Shown: piece by piece, positions 51,005-62,603 of the stretch | How positions within the stretch are numbered: the stretch's first letter is position 1 | How the letters are laid out: each line of letters begins with the position of its first letter | Assembly (NCBI GenBank): GCA_003427395.1 | Contig: BFEA01000001.1 | Coordinates: forward strand, 7,851,917 to 7,915,916 | Reading direction: 5' to 3' | Source of the DNA: Chara braunii | Taxonomy: Eukaryota; Plantae; Charophyceae | Length of the DNA stretch: 64,000 nt | The notes under the pieces: model-generated | The model's database searches: none | Told to the model about the DNA's origin: nothing | The model's input: only the letters and a program-made list of their open reading frames with translations | Translations under genes and position numbers: made by a program

Positions 51005-52659
51005 AATAAAAGAAGTCGAATTTGTGAAGAAAAGAGAGAATTTAAATAAAAAAGAAAAGAAAGAACAGAAAAATTCGAAGTTGGGGGGGGAGGGGGATGA
51101 AAAAGTGAAGAAGGAAGAGAGAAATAGGTGAGAAATTGAAAAAGATTGAAGTGGGAGATGGGGGGGATGATGAGGTTGTAGTTGGGGGAGGGAAGGGGGA
51201 GAGCGTGGTGAGAGAATGAGAAAGAAAGGGATGGGAAAGGTAGAGAGGAGTCGAAGAGATTAGTAGAAGATTGTGAGTGGGGAGGGGAGGAGAGAAAAAG
51301 ATGGTGGAAGATGAGTGAAGTTAGAGGTAAGAGGAGAGAGTAGTGGTAGCGTTAGAAAAAGTGATTAGATGGTGGAGGGGGGAGAGAGAGAAGGGGGGGG
51401 GGGGGGAGAGTAGGTTAGTGGGGTGTGATGATACCAAGCTCTTGGTTGGCCAAGAGCAACAAGATCACCAAGATCCACTGGATCTTAAGATCCACTGGAT
51501 CTTGGCCTTTAAGTTGCTTGCAGCTTGCTGCTGCAGCAGAAAAAATAGTATGGAAGTAATCTAGGGTTGGCTGAGATCTTGATCAGCCAGCCTGATTGCA
51601 CGGATGCGCAGCCCCCTAGCCAGGGGGGTCTTCACTGTTGGCAAACTGCTGGTACAAATGTACAAAAAATAATGGTCAGCATCATCATCATCAGTTGGGT
51701 GTGCTAAGATCTTGATCGACCACCCAAATTGGCCTTTACTGCAGCACCCTAGGCAGGGGGGTTCTTCAGCTCCTTAGCAAGTTGTCACGTGGCACTGCAG
51801 ATGGCCACATGCCAGTGCGCAGGCAATAGTAGCCACGTTGCCTCCACCGTGGGGGTGGCACTGCTGTCCTACTGGCCGCTGCTCGGCGCTCGCCGACGGC
51901 GGGGGGGGGGGTAAATAGTTGGCATTACACTTCTTCAACACCGGCGTGCCACACTACTAAGCCATACAAACACTTTGGCTAGTGTGTTAAGGCACCAGCT
52001 ACGCACGCGCATGGCCAGCAGTTGCCCAGGTTCAAACCCTGGCAGTAGCATGCATCTTGGATTTTTATATAATTAATTCGGGAGCGGGGCGGGGCGGGGC
52101 AGCGTGGGAGGGGGGATGGGCGGCGGCGTGGGCAGCGGCCTTGGCCTTGGCGCTTGCGCACACGGGTCGTGACGAGCCTCTTTCTTTTCGTGCCACATGT
52201 CACTCCCTTGCCCCTGCTTTTCTCTTAAAACGGCCGAAAAACAACCAAAAACCCGCTTTCGGGTTTACAAAGTGTTTGCACACTGTGTGGTGTGGTTGGT
52301 GGGAGCAGGGAACGTTCCCGCTATGATACCAGTGTGGCGCACCCACCGGGTGAGGTGCTCTGCCAGGGATAGAGATGGAGATAGAGGATGAGGGTGGAGC
52401 AAGATGACATAGCGCAGCTCCCACGCAAGACTCCAACACACGTACTTCAAACTGTGCGAATGTAGAATGATCCAAGTACAGACTCTGGCTAGGGTATACC
52501 TCAGTGGACTCACTGGACTGGACTGGACTCGCTGGTACCGACAGAGGTACCGGCCTGGACAGGATTACCCCAAGTACAACATAGGTCTGTGGGAACATGC
52601 CAAGGGGCTGATCTCACAGGCCAACCAGAGGTCCGCCACAAACTTCATCTGACGTGTGA

Positions 52660-55600
52660 TGTTTTAAATTCAAAAGGAAATGGAGGGGCTGAAGAAGAAA
52701 AAAAGGAAGAAAAGTGGGAAAACAAAATCATATGAGAGGCTTCGATGAATGTAGTCCTTGCTCCAAAGGCAACCCGTTCTATCCCAAATGCGCACCCTTT
52801 TTTTTCTCGCTCCTTGTAAGTTTCCCTTTCCTCTTTCGTCTAAGTTCCCGAGTTGTGCAGGATGTCGGGATGGACAATCCGCGTTGGGCTTGATCGTTCC
52901 CTCTCTCTAGGAAGCATCCAAAGCGGTGGTTCGTACGCTTTCGAAGTTGGCCCTGTTATCAACTTGGAGTAGACCCGATCCGTCGGGGATGGTAATGTGT
53001 TGACTCGGTGGTGACGGCCCAACCTTTGAGATTCGCGTCTTCGGGCTTGGGCGAGGGGAAGGAGTATTCACAGACCACTTCCTAGAGGGTTGAGTGCGAG
53101 ACGGCGGAGAAATGGGTTGACCCTCCCTGAATCTTAGGCGACATGGGGCTGTGCCATTGCGGGTTGCCATCTTAGGTGGCACTGTTGGAACAAAAAATTG
53201 GACATATAAAAAATTTCAGTCCACAAGAAGAACTAGTCTTCAACGCAGACGCGCATACGCGCCGCAGTTATGGGGAGGTCCGCGTCTCAATAAGCACGAA
53301 CCTTGGAGGTCATAAAGGGAAGTAGTTGCCTTTTTTTTAAATAAAGAAAAGGTCAATATTTGGCTTTCGGTCTTACCCTCTGACAAGGGAAGTTGTGTGA
53401 ATTGTTCCCAAATGCCACGCGAACCATCGGTCACCGCCTATTTTGATACACGTGAGGATGTGGCCGAATGGTTACCGTAGTCAGGGGAATTGCGGCCTAG
53501 CTTAACTAAGGTCGGACGTCTGCTTTATGACCCATCTCTGGCTTTCTCGGGTGGGATGTGACTCACTTTTGGGGACGCAATTTGATGAATTCTTCGCATA
53601 GTACTCTTTTCGGAAGGAGACAATTATTGCACATTCTATGTTTTGACTTCGCCCCAACAATAAGGGATGGGATCGCGTGTCTAATAGTGATACGCAACCA
53701 GGAGTGCGATCCGAAAGTAGACTTGAAGCTTCTCCAGAGATAAGGTGGTTCCTCGTCCGGTTGCTCCTACATTTTAACGAGCAGCATGGTCCATTTCGAC
53801 TCTTGAAGCATACCTGGCAGATCCGAGGTAACCGGTTCAATCGCTATCAAACCAAGACTTTTGTTCCGGCGCAACTCAAGGATGAGGAGCGTAGGCTCCT
53901 GGAACTCGTCAGGGACTAACTTGGTGATTTCCTTGTGGTAGATGAACGGAGCATGGGGGGATATGAGTATTCCTAGATACTTGTTGGTATGAGACACAAC
54001 AGACAAGGAACTCATTACGCGGGCAGAGCGACTGTCGATGGTCTTCAATGGCACTCAGACACAGTGGTCTAGATTCATCAACGTAATCAAGGACGGACGA
54101 GGTTTCTTCTAGAGACACGAGCAAATATTCGAGCTAATGTGGCTTGGCGACTAGACGAGCTTCACGAGTATACTTTGTATTTCCACCGGGTCAGTGATAT
54201 GATGTTATTCTCACGAGTAATCGTGAGAATCGACATCACATCCACCGGTAGCCATTGTGGTGGATTCGTACAGATACTGGATACGACTATGACCCGCTTG
54301 TTCAGGATGAGTACACCTTTTCGCACCATTGTGTGGAAACTGTCTTATCGACCAGAGCCACTTTACGACATACGGAAGATCCGGATACGACGCGGAACCT
54401 GCATTACGACACTGGTTTTCGAAGAGGTTGAGCTCGGGCGATTGGAGCAGTTCGAGATTTGAGCGCGGACTAACCAACAACTCCAGCAAGTGAGGCTCAA
54501 CGAGAGAGTGACCGTGTGAGTCACAATTGTAGGTTACCCTGAAGCTTGGGCTATTAACTGTGACTTCGAGAAGGGTAACGCAAAAAAAATAATATATTTT
54601 TTTTTATTTAGGTAGGAGTCACCAAATGGATAGTATTCAAATTGTCACGATGATTTCACTATCATGCTTCGACATTAAGGGGAAATCATACGTGCAAGAT
54701 ATGAACTAAGCACGAGTTGCTCGAGGCATAAAATATCTCATCCGGGGAGGTGGAAGTCTGCAACAAATGAAAAGTAGACAGAATGTCTGATGCTTGGGTA
54801 TGCGTTGGGCAGCCGTGACAAGGACATCTTCTTCGCACCAGAAGACGTCATTTTTTTTCGGATTGTGCAGAGGCAGCACGATTGAACTTGAGAGCAAAGA
54901 GGGAAGGATGAAGTATATCTTTCAGTTTTATCATCATACATTGATGATTAGTCAACCTACACCATGCGATAACATCTCAAGGTTATGCAGGGGGGACATA
55001 ATAAATGTGTTACGCACTCTTTATAACCATTTGAGGCGCGACTTAAGGGCCCGATATACGGGTCCTGTCTGTATGTTTCAATTAGAAGAGCTACAATGGA
55101 CATGATGTCGTCGAAACATCACGACGGACCCAACTATACATCAAGTACTAGGCTGTCCTTTTCAAAATTGTTTTGTCGATCATAAAAGGTCTCCGCTTCG
55201 GAAGCGGCGATATAAAGGTCTCTTCAGTCGCATAGGCTTGGAAGTATAACTTTGCCATAGCATCTTATCAAGTCAAAAAACGATCAGGATCGGCTTCCAT
55301 ATGAGTTTGATATTCTTTCCGACGCGGTACGAACTGATCTTGTTCGATTGGATATGAGGTGTAATGATTTTATATATTTTGTTTTTAGAGAGTTGTAAAG
55401 GGACTCAGATTATTTGTAGGTGTCATGCTTGGTTAAGACCGTTATCGTCGACCGACGTCAATTTGTACTTACGTGATCATCGCCATAGGGAACGAGCGAC
55501 GTCGGAGTTCAGATGACATTTTAACCAAACATACGTATACTGCAGCGAACGAGCAAACGTCCTCAACTGACCTACGTCTGCAATTGTATCTAAAAGTTTT

Positions 55601-55751
55601 TGTATGTGGGTCAATAACTGACTAGGGATACACGCATGAGGGTTGTGGCAGCCCCTTAGGGAAGAAAAGTTGTGCCTCGCGGGAACCTATCCTATCGTAG
55701 GGGACTGTAGGAAACACGACTGACGCACCCGGCTAGAGCGGCGAGGTGACA
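52660..55751 (+). repeat. Family Y LTR-like repeat, inverted relative to 42854-44516
   Basis: Shared blocks, e.g. the PSPRPSPKTRIS.VGPSPPS translation and the terminal CCGGCTAGAGCGGCGAGGTGACA. The left boundary is uncertain. Confidence 0.6.
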
Positions 55752-57779
55752 GTTAAATCGCGTTGTCGGGCCGCATCAGTCCGACACCGCACAAGGCAGC
55801 GTGGGACCCTCCCGACCGCGTCACGCAGGAGTCGGTCTGATCCTCGTCGCAAACGCATATGGAGCTTCCACAAGCCGCTTCGGCCGACTGTGGCAGCCAT
55901 ACCTCTCGCGAGCCCCTATGACAGGATAGGGCCTACGCGAGGCACGACTTACCTCCACCTTACGGGAGCTGTCACCTCCCTTTGGTGGGCATATCCCCGC
56001 CGAGCTACCAGTCCACAATACGAAAGCTAATCAGGTGCAATCGCAGAGGTGGACCAGCCAAGGGCGTTTCTAGTACGTTGTAGCATGGGGGTTACTCGTG
56101 GTAATACGCCTCTATCGGACCCGCACACGAACCGACACCTGGGGGGGCTGAGGTCCCAAGCGCGACTCGTCACCGGTCGACTAGGATGCATCCCACACAC
56201 CGCTCGCATACCACTCTAAATAACATAAAAATAAAAACACACACATAAAGATATATATACAGAACGACACAGAACGAACAACACGACAACACTTCTAGTC
56301 TCTTAGTAGTCATCCCATAACTTTTCGATGCGGAAATCGAATGGGCGTAGCACGCGAGACTTTGTATAAAATCTCTTTCCATATCGATTAGCAATGCATG
56401 AATGCACGAGCAGTCGCAATGATGGCGTACTATGTAGTGTCCATAACCAAGTTGTCCCTCGTGGATCCGAGTACCACTTATGACACTCAAGTGTCAAACT
56501 CGAAGTATCGTAAAGGCTTACCCCTTCACGATATTGCACGGCTGAACGAATAGCCGTGCGGCCTCCATGACACTTCCGGCCTTTGGGTTGAGTGTCCCGG
56601 TAGACAGGGCAAATAGGCTCTGCGTGGGGGGAGGAACTCCCTTCCATGCAGAGTCTATGACCTGTGATGTCCTGAACAAGGACCTCGAATCCGGGCCCAG
56701 GATTAACGCCCGACTAAGAAATTTTTAAGAAGCATTCAACAATAACGCAGGGTTTTCCTTCTTTTCTCAATCTTAACCCCTATTTAACCTTTAAGCGTGC
56801 ACCCCTCAGGCCACGCGAATACCCAATACAGATGCATACATATATATGCTCCGGCAGTCCAATTTTATCCGGAATTTTTAATCTGGACGAAATTTCTGGA
56901 TTAATTCCGGATATGGAAAATCCGGCCCTGCACAAAAATATTTTTTTTTACCGAAAAAATCTGGAAAACAATTACGTTGTTATATCCGGATTTCCGGATG
57001 ATCCTACCCCCCGATCATTCGGCCAAATAATCCGACCAGACTATCCGGCCAGATAACCCATGCTACCTAGTATATATATAAAGGAGGAATAAGTATGTGA
57101 CTATCACTTCTCACAATCACAGTGAGACTCCTCACAACCATATATATGTGTGTGATCGCAGACAGTCAAATCCAAAATTTGAATCACGGAACATACTTGC
57201 TATCACATCAAAGAGTCGACAAAAAAAAAAAAAAACACTACACGGGGTCAACTTCAACCAATCTCTATACTGATACCCCTCGCTTTAGCCATGCAAGCCC
57301 CAACCCTTGTCCAACCAACCGTAATTAAATACTCAGTACCTTTGTTAAATAACCATTCAATAAAAATTCTGGTGAAAACCTTAATAAAACAATAAAATCA
57401 TCAGGGCTAAAGCCTTTTAGGTTGCGTATTGAGGGTGAATTGGAGTTGAGTCGTAGGCCGACGAATCGACAACCGACCTGTTATCAGTGGTAACAGAAGG
57501 TGATCCTTGTAGGATCAAGCTGAATCTAGTCCTGATTTCAAATCAAACGTCCAAGAGGACCTGTAACACAAGACAGGCCAATCCCCAAGCTAAATCTATG
57601 AGTCCAAATCAATAATAATCTTCATAATCACGACCTCACGAAGAATCATTCTACTTGACTAATCCTGAGTTTACCCCTAAGTCAGTGCCTAATGAAAAGG
57701 TAGATCTTTGGCAGAATCTCCTCTATACAGAGTGGATTGCCGGAATTGTCACCTTTCAAAATATAATCTAACTCCTCTA

Positions 57780-58295
57780 AAATAAGAAAATTTCGGCACC
57801 GCTTCCCATAGGAAAAGTGTCTTCGCACAATTTATAATAACTCAAATATGAAAATAAAAACGATCTCTAACTCTGGAAAGTCAAAATTTGTCTGACCCTA
57901 TGAATTAGTAAAAATTTTGGCAGCACTTCCTTTAGAAAGGTAGACTTCCCAGATTTAGTCAGGTATGAACTCAGACATAAAACCTGAGTTCAACTAAGAC
58001 AAAATTTAACTAACTTCTTAGATTTGTAAAAATTTCGGCAACGTTTCCGGTAGAGAAAGTGCTATTCCAAGATTTATACAAAACTAAGTTCAGAATCTAA
58101 AGTGAGTTTGACTTCTCAAGGTCTAGTTTTGCCTAACTCCCTGAATTAGCAAAAAAATTTGGGCAGCACTCCCTTTAGAAAATGAGGTTTTCCCTAGGTT
58201 GTTTGGCCGGACGTCCGGGACCCCTGGGTTGTCCGACCGGACGTCTGGTCGGACGTCGGACGGTCTCGGACCGGACAAGGGTTGTCCGACGTAGC

Positions 58296-58327
<32 letters not shown>

Positions 58328-58930
58328 NNNNNNNNNNNNNNNNNNNNNNNNNNNNNNNNNNNNNNNNNNNNNNNNNNNNNNNNNNNNNNNNNNNNNNNNN
58401 NNNNNNNAAAAAAAAAAAAAAAAATTTTTTTTTTTTTAAAATCATGTAGCTTCTACCCTGCATAAGGTGTATGCCACCAAAATTTTGGCTCATTTGAGCC
58501 AGTAGAAAAAAAGATAAAAATCTTCAAAGTTTCTAATCCCCACCTATACCCCTCCTATCCCCACCAAAACCCCTCGTACCCCCCTTCCCACCCCAAATAG
58601 CACCCTATCACCAAATACTCAGAAAATTCTGAATTTTTACATGGGGGGTCTCTATGGCATGCGCAACACTGTCATAATTTTTTTTATTTTTTTTATTTTT
58701 TTTTTTAATGCCAAAAAGTGGTTGTCCGGGATCGCGAACAACCCCCCTACCGGACGGTTGGGGGAGACGTCCGGCCACCGGACGACTGGTAACCTAGGTT
58801 TTTTCTGATTTTTACTAAGCCAGAAAGTAAGAAAAACTGGACCCTGAAAATAAGAAAATTTGACTAACTCCTTGGTTTTGTAGAAATTTTGGCAGCGCTT
58901 CCCGTAGAGAAAGTGGTTTACCAAGATTTA
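57780..58930 (-). repeat. Diverged ~120-bp tandem array (5 units) with a conserved hairpin, interrupted by a MITE
   Basis: AAATTTYGGCA...CC...AGTG-like motif at ~57788, 57910, 58028, 58153 and 58883. The period is restored when 58194-58797 is removed. Confidence 0.75.
58194..58797. mobile_element. MITE (hAT-like) with GACGTCC subterminal motifs
   Basis: CTAGGTT...AACCTAG ends, a degenerate 8-bp flank duplication (GGTTTTCC/GTTTTTTC), and interruption of the 120-bp array. Confidence 0.6.
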
Positions 58931-59228
58931 TACAAGACCAAGTATAGTAAAAATTCTCAGAAAATGCAGAAATTGATCTAAGTAAAAAAAACTTAGCTAA
59001 GAAAATGCAGGAATTGAAACTAACTCCTATGGCTTTAGCACGTGGCGAGCGTCTAAAGCAACTACCTATCAAACTGAAACTCAAACCAAGTAGTAATCTC
59101 ACTCAGTCACAAGCAAGGTTAAACCACAAAGGTAAGTACTCTCACCAGCCCGAAGTCACTTTATATAAGATAGTTCATGGAACCCTCAGATGATTTAATC
59201 CTTATACCCAACTTATATATGGCACAAT

Positions 59229-59840
59229 GCTAGACTATTCCGTTTGGAAACAATGTCTAGCGCGCCTTAAGATATACACGAACAACACTACTACTTCTCT
59301 CTTCTTTGGGCATTTGACTATGTCATTCGGCTTGGAAACAATGCCTAGCCACCCTGAACTGTTTAATACTCAAAATTTAGTAGCTCTCTGACTTTGTTCT
59401 CAAACGAAATGCAAATATGGGTAGGGGACTGAACCATTCGGCTTGGAAACAATGTTCAACTTGCCCAAATTACTTCCAATTATACTATGTAATTTCCCTT
59501 CTCTTCTTAGTGATATGGCTTAGCGCTGGACCATTCGGCTTGGAAACAATGCCGAACTGTCAGTTGATATGCAAATATAAGTAGAATACTTTATTTTATA
59601 CTCAGTTTATACTTATGTGCGTGGTTTTCAGGCTAAACCATTCATCTTAGAAACAATGCTCAACCTTAGACAAAAATCCTCCCTTATAATAAAACAAGAA
59701 CTTAAACCCTTCAATTCAGGCAAACCCTCATAAATTAAACACAGCAACTAGACCATTCAGCTTAGAAACAATGTCTGACCCTTCAGAAAAAAGCCAAATA
59801 AACATAACCCTGAACCATTCAACTTAGAAACAATGCCCAG
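59229..59840 (-). repeat. Array of seven conserved 19-nt motifs in hairpins with unique spacers (CRISPR-like architecture, not a CRISPR)
   Basis: Core CATTCRGCTTRGAAACAAT at 59236, 59324, 59435, 59532, 59639, 59754 and 59816. Confidence 0.88.
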
Positions 59841-62533
59841 TCCTTGGTTGACCCGGTCAAACGCACGCAGTCTGCCTTCCTCCAACCTTCCTCCAGTTTC
59901 ACCCCTTTGTCTGGTTTCAATCAAAATAAAACTGAAACTTATGCTTCACTCTCACACATTCCTTCCATTCAGTCTAATTAAGTCCTGGAAAAAAGCAAAG
60001 TCATAGGGGCAGCACATACATACATCAATCAAACTACACGGAAATAAGCACACATGGGTATAGAGGGTCATACAGACAGAGATGGTTTACCTGATGGTTC
60101 CCTGCCTCGAGAACCTCGCCTAGGTTCCTGCAGAGCTCCCGCAATCGGTGGGTGGTCTCCCCACAGAGTCTTGCTGCAGTCCTACAGGTTGCAATCCCGC
60201 AGACCGCCTTCCTCCCGTAACCAGTAGACTAGACTTAGAATCAGAAGGACAGAAGGAGAAGGTTTTTACTAACTTTTTAGTCTCTCAAATCCAAAGGAGG
60301 TGCACTTAGACTTGCAGGAGAGGGCCTTGTAATCTTCCTTCGTCTGAGGGCCCCGCAATGGCAGCCAAAACGCGCTGCAGCCTGTTCAACTGAAGCCGAA
60401 CTGCCAACTGTTGACCCTCCCGTAACCCTCCTGGCTCACAGCAACACCCTCGTTCACGAGCTTAGACCGTCCATAGCTTAAGTAACACCGGCCAGCAAGC
60501 AGATTTGTAGTCCCTGCAGTTGGTCTGCTGCAGCTTTGCTCAACGAACTGGGCACTACGCCGCCCAGCAGGTAAGTCTAACGACCCCCCTTGCGGACGGT
60601 CTTCGACCTCCCTTCACTACTTCACTGCAGCTCGAGACCTGTACTGCCACGGCCGCAGCTCAGGACACGGGGCAACTGCATAAAACGCAGTGCGCCCCCC
60701 CCCTTCGTGATAGAGTTACCGCGTGGTCAGACTATCTACGTAGGTGCCAGATGCTAGCCAAAGGGCAAACTCGTACCCCATATCTGTTCTTCGGCTGCTC
60801 CAGCTAGTGGAATAGGTGGTCCACAGCCTGACAGACAGAATTTGCAGTCTCCCAGTCTGCTCTCTACGTCTATTTATCACTGGTACGTATCCTCTATCAC
60901 TTGCATCCCCCCCCCTACTCTGCCCTCTATCAGCCTTTCCCGCCCCCTCTTCTTTCTCGGTTGCCCCTCTCTCTAGTTCACTTAGTTCACGTTGTAAGCT
61001 CGGTGTGGCACTGGTTACCCTCCGACACCAGTCTGACCCCACTTGAGTACCTCGGCGAGCCCGAAGGTAAGCTCCAACAGGTGAGCCCTCTTCTTTCTGT
61101 TGCCTAGCTCAGGTTTACTGCCTCTCTGATAATTGCTTGATTTGCACTATCGACTCTCGCTTTCCGTAATGCACCTGGACATATGACAAGGTCAGGTTGT
61201 GGCGAATTCAGACAAGGAGAACAAACCTGGGCCAGGGGAGCGACTCTACTCCAAAGGAAAGTCGCGGCCACAGAACGACCAGTCTAGCCTCCTTGCTTAT
61301 CAAAACGGTCGTAGGATGGCCGAGTGAGACAGTTTTCACTCTCGATCATCCTCTTTCTTCGTCATTACTTGACGGACCTCCTATCACATCTAACTCACTT
61401 TCTACTAACCTATCGTCAAAACTAACTCGATCCTTGTGCTCGCCCGAGGTTAAAACGCTGGAATGACAACTTTTCCCTCCCGATTCCAGTGAGAGACGAG
61501 TGAACTATAAATTCACTCCTCCGCCATATCCACCATCGTCAGTTCTCCACGGCGTTTTCCCTTAACTCTTCTTCCCTACTAACTTTCTCCTAAAACCAAC
61601 CTCATAATCTAACTCGCAGTTATCAAGAACCCCCATCTATCATTTCGCTTCGCTCGATTTCGTTGAGAATCGAGCGAGAAATCGCTTTTCGTATTTCTGC
61701 TATAGCCGACTCCCGCCAACTCTATGCGCTGTCCTTGTTCTTCTAACTCCTACTTTACTAACATATGACACGAACTAACAACGGATTCAGCTTCGCCAAC
61801 CTCAAACCCCCCAATCTCGGTTCCTACCTCGCTCGATTCTACTAAGAATCGAGCCCGCTGCTTTTCTCTGACTGCGTCCGACCAGTTTCTTCACCATTTC
61901 CAACCTTGACAGTATCTGGCCTGAAAACGGGCCTGATTCATCCGCTTTCTCGCACCTCCGTTCAATCCTGCCTTCACCCGCTCCGCCATCCTTTCTGGCG
62001 AATACACCCGAAGCAATATCGTGTCCGGGTTCACTCGTCTGTCATCACGTTTGTACTCCGCTTCCCCTCCGCTCCGTTCAATCCCGTTGTCTTCGTAGTT
62101 GTGCTCAGTCACACAGTCGGACGGTAGGACTACTCCTTCCCTTTGCTTACTTTGAGGGAAATTGTGGATAGGAAAACTGCCACGGCCCGCCTAGCCCTTT
62201 CGCTCTTATATCCAGGCCCCGCGAACGGGTTACAACAGTACCTCTGCGGATTCCTCTGGCCCGCTCTCCTCAGGCCGAGTCGGCCCCCCTTTTGGGTCAC
62301 CAACGGCCTGTTCACACCCAGACGGCGGCATCGAGGGCGCGGCCTGCTGTGGAATTCACAGCATAAACCCCGGTGTGGCGGATCCTAGTGCGGATCTTAG
62401 TGACACCTATTCATAGGAGAGCTTTGAAGCCTGAAGCAAAAGAGGGTTCGTAAGGTGAGTTGTGGCAGCGACCTTCCACAATGCCCCAGACCGCTCCTCC
62501 CGGGCATTTCCTACCCCTCTCTAGAGTCTTCAG

Positions 62534-62603
62534 CTCGCATGCACGTAGAACTTCTCGGCCCTTGTTTTAAAACAATCAAAACAGCAAAACCTCGCCAGCA
62601 TCC
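62534..62603 (-). pseudogene. Degenerate LSU (25S/28S) rRNA fragment at the 3' side of D2
   Basis: Reverse complement GGATGCTGGCGA...GTTTTAAAACAAGGGCCGAGAAGTTCTACGTGCATGCGAG resembles conserved GTCTTGAAACACGGACCAAGGAGTCTAACATGCATGCGAG. The antisense translation HVELLGPCFKT resembles HVRLLGPCFKT. Confidence 0.6.

Larger units (their letters stand above)
35400..52650 (-). mobile_element. Chromoviral Gypsy element (family B, copy 2): 5' LTR ~52333-52650, PBS 52320-52331, long 5'UTR split by insertion 42704-50666, gag-pol 42175-35905
   Basis: PBS TGGTATCATAGC after ...GCGCCACA. The 5'UTR rejoins across ACAATG-CCG(T/C)-AAAT, as in the uninterrupted copy at ~31670. No 3' LTR was recognised. Confidence 0.8.

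Noticed and set aside
59229-59840. True CRISPR array
   Set aside because: The context is eukaryotic TE sequence with no cas genes, the repeat core is only 19 nt, and spacer lengths are highly variable. It is reported as a structured array instead.
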